Positions 1 through 7,133 of a DNA stretch of 64,000 nucleotides are shown in pieces. The stretch lies in assembly GCA_018819225.1 (NCBI GenBank), contig JAHJQN010000004.1, forward strand, positions 96,001 to 160,000, written 5' to 3'. The first letter of the stretch is position 1; each line of letters begins with the position of its first letter. The DNA comes from Candidatus Micrarchaeota archaeon. GTDB lineage: Archaea > Micrarchaeota > Micrarchaeia > Norongarragalinales > SBBD01. The notes under the pieces were generated by a model that searched no databases, was not told the DNA's origin, and was given only the letters and a program-made list of their open reading frames with translations. The position numbers and the translations under genes were made by a program.

Positions 1-100
1 ATTTCGGTGGTTTTATTCGGGCCCGAGAAATGTATTCAAAAAGAAGAATGCGAAAATAGTCGCGTAATATCTAACAGAATGATTTCTGTTATAAATAGAC

Positions 101-114
101 GCGCTGGGGATGGG
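101..114 (-). repeat. att-like copy of tRNA-Ser(CGA) 3' end
   Basis: identical to 2127-2140. Confidence 0.75.
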
Positions 115-164
115 CGTATAGGCTTGAGGGAGGCAAATCCGCGGATTCTAACTAATTGTTCAAG

Positions 165-204
165 CGCCGGGGAGGAGATTCAGGCCAAATAGTTCGAATC
201 TCCT
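165..204 (-). repeat. att-like copy of tRNA-Ser(TGA) 3' end plus T-arm fragment
   Basis: 165-181 is the exact reverse complement of 7117-7133; 191-204 equals 7112-7125. Confidence 0.7.
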
Positions 205-209
205 ACAAT

Positions 210-809
210 TTACTTCCTATTCTGTTTTGAATGTTTTTCTCGCTCTATCCAATAATCGTCTGCCAACTTCTTTTGTAGCTCCGCAGCCATCACTGACTCG
301 GGTAAAATAACGGTCGAATCAATTTCTTGAGCTCGTCTATAGTCTTTCAACGCGCTCTTCATTTTTCCTGCATTTTCGAGAAAATATCCACGTTCAACAT
401 ATGCTTCGGCAAATAACGGATGATCTTTTATTATATTGCCCAATAATTTTATTGCTAAATCTAAGTTGCCCAAGTCTCCCAGGGTACGTGCGCGCATATA
501 CCGCAGATATGGACTTTTAGGTGTTAACTTTAATCCTTCTTCGCAATAGAAGAGGCATTTATCATATTCGCCCGAATTCGAATATCCTAACGCTAGGTGT
601 CTAAAGCTAAACTCATCTGGATTCTTAACTTTTTTATATAACCAACGATGAGGAAATTTTTTTTCGGTTGTATGGATTCTATCCATATCTAACCGTAAGT
701 CCTTTGTTTTTTCTGCAATATTATCAAAGGATTCGGGAGGATTCACCGGAGACTTATGCGATGATGGACTACCTAATATTTTGTTTTTAATTTTTTTTAA
801 TATACTCAT
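210..809 (-). CDS. TPR-repeat protein
   Basis: TPR-like helices (LRYMRARTLGDLG, AEAYVERGYFLE..G...AL.DY..A). Confidence 0.8.
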   Translation of the reverse strand: MSILKKIKNKILGSPSSHKSPVNPPESFDNIAEKTKDLRLDMDRIHTTEKKFPHRWLYKKVKNPDEFSFRHLALGYSNSGEYDKCLFYCEEGLKLTPKSPYLRYMRARTLGDLGNLDLAIKLLGNIIKDHPLFAEAYVERGYFLENAGKMKSALKDYRRAQEIDSTVILPESVMAAELQKKLADDYWIEREKHSKQNRK

Positions 810-846
810 AACTATCCCGATGAGATATTACTACTGCCTTCATGAA

Positions 847-1119
847 CTAATGTTTGAAAGTCTCATACTCTTTCTTGCTAATCTCATTCCCATCCGCAAT
901 ACGAATCCGTTCTTTAGAATGCTCATCGCATAATTCGAATAATTTGTTCGCATATTCTAGTTCATGCTTAATCCCATGTATAAAATCTTCTATTTTTTCT
1001 ACTATGTTTCGTTTATCTTCCTTAACATAGCTATACCGATAAAAGTGAGTTGGTTTTTGTTCACAATTTTTAATATAACAACGGTCAATATGCCATTCTA
1101 TTGAAAACGAAGGTTCCAT
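847..1119 (-). CDS. hypothetical protein, possible Zn-binding (CxxxxC...CxxH)
   Basis: 90-aa ORF inside the element. Confidence 0.5.
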   Translation of the reverse strand: MEPSFSIEWHIDRCYIKNCEQKPTHFYRYSYVKEDKRNIVEKIEDFIHGIKHELEYANKLFELCDEHSKERIRIADGNEISKKEYETFKH

Positions 1120-1225
1120 AACAAACGTAGTACTTGAGGTACTATATATTTAACGGTAATAACTTGGGTAAGTATGTGCTCTTTCCCGCGACCTTATAAA
1201 GTATGTTTAAGCCATAATAATTGGG

Positions 1226-2146
1226 TTGAACATGGGAGAAACTCCCGCAGTTATCCGATGGCTCAAAACAAAAGAACCACGCTTCCAATTAAAGAAAAGC
1301 GACCTGATTTCAGGTGAGGAACTAGGAGCGTTATTGGCCGCATGTGACACTGTAAAAAAACGATTCTTTATTGCGGTTTTATATGAAAGTGGTGCACGAA
1401 TAGGCGAATTGCTTTCTGCCACCGTTGGAAACGTAAAAGTAGACGCACATGGCATCATGTTAAGTGTAGACGGAAAAACAGGCCCGCGTTCTATACGATT
1501 AGTAACTTCTGCCGGTCAATTCGGAGAATATCTTAACGGACATCCCGAACGCAACAATCCAGATGCTCCCTTATTTTATTCAATTAAAGACGGACAATGC
1601 AAACAATGCGAATACTGGACCGCTGCCAAAATGATGCGTCGTTTATTCACGAAGGCGGGCGTTTCAAAAGAAAAAGCCCACTTCCATCTGTTTAGGCACA
1701 GCCGTGCAGCAGAAACGAAGCGATTCATGCCCGAAGATTACCAACGAAGATTTTTTGGATGGGCTCATGGATCGGATATGCCCAGTCATTACGGAGCATT
1801 AGATTCCAGTGACCTAGATAACATTTTACTATCCGCTTACGGAAAAGCGCAACGGAATGCGACAATTCCCGAGATCATTAACCGAATCTGTGAGTGCTGT
1901 CATCATGAGAACTTTCCATCATCTGCATATTGTAGTGGATGCGGATGGAAACTCGGATTAAAGGCATCTCAATTACCACTAACCGAGCGCGAAATAGCTT
2001 TACTAAAGATCATTGCGAACGCTCCGAACTATGAACAAGTGGTTTCATCCCTTCCAACGAATGAATTGGAGAAAATTACTTCTCGATTAATTGATTTACG
2101 AGATGGGGACCGGGACATTAAGTCAGGCGCTGGGGATGGGATTTGA
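1226..2146 (+). CDS. Tyrosine recombinase/integrase with C-terminal Zn ribbon, apparently N-terminally truncated
   Basis: LYESGARIGEL (R), GKTG (K), HLFRHSRA (HxxR), GW and HY catalytic motifs; CECC...CSGC ribbon; in-frame TAA at 1208-1210 limits the N-terminus. Confidence 0.9.
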   Translation: MNMGETPAVIRWLKTKEPRFQLKKSDLISGEELGALLAACDTVKKRFFIAVLYESGARIGELLSATVGNVKVDAHGIMLSVDGKTGPRSIRLVTSAGQFGEYLNGHPERNNPDAPLFYSIKDGQCKQCEYWTAAKMMRRLFTKAGVSKEKAHFHLFRHSRAAETKRFMPEDYQRRFFGWAHGSDMPSHYGALDSSDLDNILLSAYGKAQRNATIPEIINRICECCHHENFPSSAYCSGCGWKLGLKASQLPLTEREIALLKIIANAPNYEQVVSSLPTNELEKITSRLIDLRDGDRDIKSGAGDGI

Positions 2147-2253
2147 ACCCATACGGGCCAGAGGCCCACCAGATATCTGGTCTTTCAACCTTTTTTTATA
2201 GTGTAGGCGAAAGATCTCGAGTCTGGCGCGTTACCGGATTCCGCCACCCCAGC
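2128..2253 (-). tRNA. tRNA-Ser(CGA) with 41-nt intron (2175-2215) at position 37/38
   Basis: GCTGGGG/CCCCAGC acceptor, CCAGA-CT-CGA-G^A-TCTGG anticodon arm, long variable arm, ATGGG-TTCAAAT-CCCAT T arm, BHB-like junction. Confidence 0.92.
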
Positions 2254-2281
2254 ATTAATCGTAGAACTCGATTGAATACGT

Positions 2282-2821
2282 TTATTGGAGGGAGAACGTA
2301 TTTAAGTCTTCATAAACCGCTCCCCTCGGAGAGAGAGTGCTCTTGCGTAGGATAAACTCCTTGACTTCAAACTCGCCGTACTTCTCTTGTTCCAACGCGT
2401 GCTTCAATTGCTTCAACTTGTCCACGTTCTTTTTACCTTTCACGCGGGAGATGGTGACGTGTCCGACATACGGTCCGCGGAACGGTTCTTCCAACAGTTC
2501 GCTCATCTTTTCATGCATTTTTTGAAGTTGTTCCTCCGTTCCGTGCACGCCGACCCAAAACACTTTTATATAGTCCTCGCTCGGAAAAAATCCGCTTCCT
2601 TCCACTTGCAAACGAAATTTGGGGAATTGAAATTGGACGAGTTTTTCCTTGATCTGTTGGGCCTCTTCCTCGGTTCTCTCGCCCAAGAATAGCAAGGTTA
2701 CGTGAAGCTGTTCGGGTTTGGAAAACGAGGCGTGCAAGTCCAAGCGCTTGGCCTGGTGCGTCAATTGCTCTAGTTTGCGCTCGATTTCGTCTGGCAAGTC
2801 GATGGCGATGAACAGGCGCAT
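2282..2821 (-). CDS. thpR: RNA 2',3'-cyclic phosphodiesterase (2H family)
   Basis: MRLFIAIDLP start; two HxT motifs (HVTL, HVTI). Confidence 0.92.
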   Translation of the reverse strand: MRLFIAIDLPDEIERKLEQLTHQAKRLDLHASFSKPEQLHVTLLFLGERTEEEAQQIKEKLVQFQFPKFRLQVEGSGFFPSEDYIKVFWVGVHGTEEQLQKMHEKMSELLEEPFRGPYVGHVTISRVKGKKNVDKLKQLKHALEQEKYGEFEVKEFILRKSTLSPRGAVYEDLNTFSLQ

Positions 2822-2885
2822 AAACTTTAATTGAGAGGACAGCGTTTAAAAGGGTTTTACGCGTTAGGCTTTCCGATATCCGTCT

Positions 2886-3419
2886 ATGCGCTTTGCTCCA
2901 TTTGCTCGAACGGCTTTCTTCATGGTATTCCTGGTTTCGATAGCGCTTTCTCTATCCGTTTCCGCGGGCGTAGCGGTACTCGTCAAGCAAGACGTGGATA
3001 AGGCCACGTGGCAGGCGCGTCCGTGGATGTCCCCCATTATCACGGAAGAAGAGTCGAAAGCCACTCGATGGATTGAAGAGAATACGTTGGAACGCGATAT
3101 TTTTGTCACGGATATTTTTGGCGGCGAACACATTATGGGCAATACGTTGCGGGAAGGCACGGAAGGAGGGGATTGGGCCATTGTTCCAGGAGTCGTTGAA
3201 AAAATGGGGGAAATCAATGAGTTCTATTCGACGAAGGATGCGGATCGCGCGTATGTTCTTGCCACGAAGCATGGCGCGAAATACGTGTTGATTCCGAATC
3301 GACAAATCTTTGCGGGATTCAAATGGTTTTATCCCGAGAAAGGGAAAATGGAGAACGCTCAATATTTCAAGCGCGTGTATTCCGATAACGATTTTGAGAT
3401 TTATCAAGTGATTCGTTGA
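2886..3419 (+). CDS. Membrane-anchored protein resembling the C-terminal soluble domain of GT-C glycosyltransferases
   Basis: N-terminal TM; WIEENT...IFVTD, FY...AY.LA.K.GAKYVLI, VYSDNDFEIYQV pattern. Confidence 0.6.
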   Translation: MRFAPFARTAFFMVFLVSIALSLSVSAGVAVLVKQDVDKATWQARPWMSPIITEEESKATRWIEENTLERDIFVTDIFGGEHIMGNTLREGTEGGDWAIVPGVVEKMGEINEFYSTKDADRAYVLATKHGAKYVLIPNRQIFAGFKWFYPEKGKMENAQYFKRVYSDNDFEIYQVIR

Positions 3420-4738
3420 TGAATGCATTCTTGATGATGAAAAGGAACCCGGTGCCGTTGCTGCTGCTTCTAGCCGTCGCGTTGAGTTTGTATACGCATT
3501 CCATGGTCTGGAAAGAGTTTACGATGCCCACGTACGGGAACACGTTCATTCACGTGGCAAGCATTCGGCACATGTTAGAACACGCGTCTTACCCCGTGAT
3601 TGATTATTCGTATGGCGGAGGGATTCCGAACCTTTACGTGCCGTTTTACCGCTTGTTTATCGCGAATTCCGTGTTGCTTACTGGCTTGTCCATTGACTTT
3701 ATTTCTCGGTTGGCGGTCATGTTGTTTGCGATATTGGTGCCGCTAGGGTTCTTCGCGGTCACGAAGCGCTTGTTCGGCTTGAACGCGGGAATAGCGGCTG
3801 CTTTTCTGGCGAGTTTTCCTGGAGAACTCTTGATTTACACGGTTCGACCGCTACCGCAGTCACTGGGAATGGTCTTGCTCCCCGTTGCCTTCCTTGCTAT
3901 ATTCTCCGAAAAGTGGAGGCCGGCGTTGTTGATCACGTTTGGAATCGCCATGGTTCACCAGGAAGCAATTGCTTTTCTTGTGGGGGCGGTAGGCGTGTAT
4001 GCTGCCGTTGCCTTTTTGTTCTATTTGATTGGTGAGGCGAAGAATATTCGAGTGGGAACTGCGCGCATGATGACGTCTTCTGCGCTTTCCGAGCTCAAAA
4101 TCGCGCGTCTGGCAGTGGTTGTGGCGATCCTGGGACTCGCTTCGTACGTTTTATGGCACTATTTCGTCATGAACTCGTTCAACATCTTTGATATCGCTCA
4201 ATTCAAGTATCATGAAGGGGGTTTGGTGACCGTTGACTCCTTTCTAACTAAAACTGGCATTATCGTAACCGTTTTTTCGTTGTTGGGGCTTACGTTTGTG
4301 GGTTATCGGTTACTGGAACTCGTTGCTTCCCAGTCCCATCGCTTCCGATCCTTGTCGAATGAAGTGCAGTTTGGGCTGCGTAACTCGGCGTTATTCTTGG
4401 TCGTGGCTTTGGCAACGTATTTTCATTTCAATAACTATTCGATGGCTTCCGTGAGCCTTCAAAGCCTTGGCTCGGCCATTGTACTGGGATTGATGATCGT
4501 CATTTTCGTGGCATTTATCTCCCACACGCCGACGTTTATGCAATTGCCGAACTCCTCCTTCTTGTTCACGTTCGCGGTGTTCGGAGCTGGCGTAGCTGCA
4601 GTCAAGAATGACGTGGTGGGCATTCGCGTATTCATGGACCGTTTCTTGGTTCACTTGCAGGAGCCCCTTATTATTTTGGCTGCGCTAGGAGTGGCAGCCG
4701 TATACGAATTCTTCGAAGCAATTAGGGAACGGCCTTGA
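3416..4738 (+). CDS. Polytopic membrane protein, GT-C-fold glycosyltransferase-like
   Basis: many TMs; YGNTFIH, YSYGGG..NLYVP, RPLPQSLG motifs. Confidence 0.65.
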   Translation: MMNAFLMMKRNPVPLLLLLAVALSLYTHSMVWKEFTMPTYGNTFIHVASIRHMLEHASYPVIDYSYGGGIPNLYVPFYRLFIANSVLLTGLSIDFISRLAVMLFAILVPLGFFAVTKRLFGLNAGIAAAFLASFPGELLIYTVRPLPQSLGMVLLPVAFLAIFSEKWRPALLITFGIAMVHQEAIAFLVGAVGVYAAVAFLFYLIGEAKNIRVGTARMMTSSALSELKIARLAVVVAILGLASYVLWHYFVMNSFNIFDIAQFKYHEGGLVTVDSFLTKTGIIVTVFSLLGLTFVGYRLLELVASQSHRFRSLSNEVQFGLRNSALFLVVALATYFHFNNYSMASVSLQSLGSAIVLGLMIVIFVAFISHTPTFMQLPNSSFLFTFAVFGAGVAAVKNDVVGIRVFMDRFLVHLQEPLIILAALGVAAVYEFFEAIRERP

Positions 4739-6641
4739 ATAGCTCGTAACGCCGGTTTCCTTCCTCGTACTCCCATACGACTTCAAAGGCATTCGATTGA
4801 CGGATTTGTCGGGAGAGGTTTCGGTTCTTGCTTAGCTCGAACGGACTCACTATTACGTAATCAATTCCGTGTACTCCGGACAGATCTCCGCGTTCGATGG
4901 CCGAGTTGACTAGTTTCCGTTGGTTTTGGTAATCCAATCCATGCGACCACATATGGCCTTCATAACCCATAACCACTTGTCTTCCTGCCAGTGAATAAAT
5001 GAAGTGGTTGTGACTGGAGGCGGTTAGAAACAACGCATTTTTTTCGGTAGTCTCGGAAACCTTTTGCGCGGCGTGAATATCGGAAGCGTGAAACAAGACG
5101 TGCGACGTATTATTCCAGTACATGAACGTGAGGATTCCTGAAAAGATGCTTATGAATAACATGATCGAAACGATCCCCGTTGATAGAAAGCGATTCAATC
5201 GAATCCTATGAGCCAACCACGTGAACGCTCGTGATAAGGCAATGGATGCAAGGAAAGCGGTGAGGAGTAGCCAGTGCGCAAAATATTTGATGTTATCCCA
5301 ATCCCACGGCTGGAACCGCGCGATATTGGCCGCTAGAAACACGAGGGCAAACGGGATATAGAACGTTCGAAGCTTGCTGTCCGCTAACACGAATCCAATC
5401 AATGCAAGCGGAATCAATAACCCCGTATTCGCGATCCAGAAAACGCCTATATCCACTATATTGGTCGTATTGGCCAGCCAGCCGGCTTGCCATTCAAAAA
5501 ACGTTTCGGTGCGGGGTTGTTCGTTTATCCATAACAGCTGTGGTAAAATTAGGAGGAAGCCAAATATCGCTGAGAAAAGAACGGGTTTCTCCAATTTCTT
5601 TTTTTGAAAAATACGCCATGCCAGCAAGAAAGCGGTTACGAAACCCGCGATAGCGAATGAAGCAATGTGGATAAGGGGAAGCAACGCTAGAACGAACGCG
5701 AGTAAATAATATTCGTTGTTTTTCGCTTCGTTCCAATGAATGCGCGCCAACAACCAATACGCTACAAGGGATAAAGCGAAGCCCATCAATACGGTGCGTT
5801 GGGGAATGAATACGGAATAAACGAGATTCATGAACTCAATGTGTTGGTCTTGAATTTTCGAGTAGTCTTGCGGAAGTCGTGATAAGAACGCACCGACATC
5901 CGGAGCGCCTTGAATGTCTTCAATGAAGGACAGGAATCCGAAATTCCCGTTAATAAAGAATAGGAGTATCGCAAACACGGCAACATACTTCATTTTTCCG
6001 GAAAGTGTTGAGAAGAATAATCTCGCAAGGAATACGAGAGCGAACAGCAAGAGCAAGTTCGGAATAATAATGCTATGCTGCAACGACAGGCCTCCAACAA
6101 TTAAAATGGCTGAAAGGAAATCAAACAGAAAGGGATACCGCATGACCGCGCCCTCCAGATTCGGGTAAATGGGTGGAAAATTGTCGCGGAGAACGAACGA
6201 ATTGATGATGCTGACGTGAAATGGGTAGTCCCCCCAGGCATTTTGAATGGAGTAAATGGATCCGCTCGAGTCCACGTTGAATGAAAGAAAGTTGAAATAC
6301 GCCAATAAAAGAAATACGCCTAATGCGGCTGCGAATCCGTAAGAAATTCCGTTCAGTGAAAGTTCGGGTAATCCTTTTTGCCACCGCTTGTTCGAATTCA
6401 ATAATGCAGTTGAGACGCCGACACTCATGATGACTACTCGTAGAATCATTAAGAAATCCAATTCGCGGACGATTAATGATAAAAGGAACGTCGCGAACGT
6501 AGTGATGGCAAGCCCCAACGCCATTCCGATGGCCAGAAATGTTGAAACGGATTTCTTGGTTGGAAAGTAAACGGAAATGGCGAACCCGAGTAGTACGCTG
6601 GATAGTACAAACAAAAGGGCGAGCCACATGTGGTTTCCCAC
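4722..6641 (-). CDS. Polytopic membrane protein, GT-C-like
   Basis: WGDYPFH..IINSF, YPFLFDF, PQR, FQPWDWDNIK, GY.GH.WSHG. Confidence 0.7.
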   Translation of the reverse strand: MGNHMWLALLFVLSSVLLGFAISVYFPTKKSVSTFLAIGMALGLAITTFATFLLSLIVRELDFLMILRVVIMSVGVSTALLNSNKRWQKGLPELSLNGISYGFAAALGVFLLLAYFNFLSFNVDSSGSIYSIQNAWGDYPFHVSIINSFVLRDNFPPIYPNLEGAVMRYPFLFDFLSAILIVGGLSLQHSIIIPNLLLLFALVFLARLFFSTLSGKMKYVAVFAILLFFINGNFGFLSFIEDIQGAPDVGAFLSRLPQDYSKIQDQHIEFMNLVYSVFIPQRTVLMGFALSLVAYWLLARIHWNEAKNNEYYLLAFVLALLPLIHIASFAIAGFVTAFLLAWRIFQKKKLEKPVLFSAIFGFLLILPQLLWINEQPRTETFFEWQAGWLANTTNIVDIGVFWIANTGLLIPLALIGFVLADSKLRTFYIPFALVFLAANIARFQPWDWDNIKYFAHWLLLTAFLASIALSRAFTWLAHRIRLNRFLSTGIVSIMLFISIFSGILTFMYWNNTSHVLFHASDIHAAQKVSETTEKNALFLTASSHNHFIYSLAGRQVVMGYEGHMWSHGLDYQNQRKLVNSAIERGDLSGVHGIDYVIVSPFELSKNRNLSRQIRQSNAFEVVWEYEEGNRRYELFKAVP

Positions 6642-6740
6642 TAATCACATAAAATAACTATATAAACGCTCGGACGGCCTTTTCAAAAAAGTCGACCAAA
6701 AGTTGCATTTGAATAATATGCACTCAATTTAAGAAAAAAA

Positions 6741-6763
6741 GCGGGCCCAACGGGATTCCGAAC
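6741..6763 (-). repeat. Duplicate of tRNA-Arg(CCG) 3' end (att scar)
   Basis: GCGGGCCCAACGGGATTC(C)GAAC repeated 63 bp from 6804-6825. Confidence 0.75.
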
Positions 6764-6804
6764 GACCTTTCTTATGAAGAAAGCTCGACCAAAGAAAAAG
6801 AAAG

Positions 6805-6987
6805 CGGGCCCAACGGGATTCGAACCCGCAACCTACTGGTCTCTCCCCCATCACGCTGTTGCGCCGAAGGAAAAAGGACTAGCCCTTTTCCCGGGACCGA
6901 AGCCACGACTTCCGTCTCTTCCAATAAAAAGTGAAAGAGCAAGTGGGACCGGAACCAGTCGCTCTGTCCTGGTTGAGCTATGGGCCC
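6805..6987 (-). tRNA. tRNA-Arg(CCG) with 108-nt intron (6841-6948)
   Basis: GGGCCCA/TGGGCCC acceptor, ACTGG-TT-CCG-G^A-CCAGT anticodon arm, GCGGG-TTCGAAT-CCCGT T arm; BHB central helix TTCC/GGAG. Confidence 0.88.
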
Positions 6988-7009
6988 TTATTTCAATTAC
7001 CTGGTATTC

Positions 7010-7025
7010 TGAAGTTTAAAATACT
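7010..7025. promoter_or_regulatory. Probable shared TATA box between divergent tRNA genes
   Basis: TTTAAAATA roughly 30 bp from both tRNA 5' ends. Confidence 0.45.
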
Positions 7026-7050
7026 TGGCCTGTCAGAAGTTATGCGCGTG

Positions 7051-7133
7051 GCCGGGGTGGCAGAGCGGTTATTGCGCTGGTCTTGAAAACCAGTTCCCGC
7101 AAGGGATCAGGAGTTCGAATCTCCTCCCCGGCG
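7051..7133 (+). tRNA. tRNA-Ser(TGA)
   Basis: GCCGGGG/CCCCGGC acceptor, CTGGT-CT-TGA-AA-ACCAG, variable arm TCCC-GCAA-GGGA, AGGAG-TTCGAAT-CTCCT. Confidence 0.95.

Larger units (their letters stand above)
101..2140. mobile_element. Small integrative element or remnant at the tRNA-Ser(CGA) 3' end
   Basis: 14-bp direct repeat GCGCTGGGGATGGG at 101-114 and 2127-2140 (the latter is the tRNA 3' end); contains a tyrosine integrase and two AT-rich cargo genes. Confidence 0.75.

Noticed and set aside
830-849. Array motif inside the integrase element (TAGTTCATG)
   Set aside because: Only one half-site; compatible with chance
6841-6948. C/D box guide RNA in the tRNA-Arg intron
   Set aside because: Only a partial GTGATG near the 3' end and no CTGA box D
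6774-7019. 81-aa ORF, and likewise the ORF at 2143-2355
   Set aside because: Antisense shadows of tRNA genes
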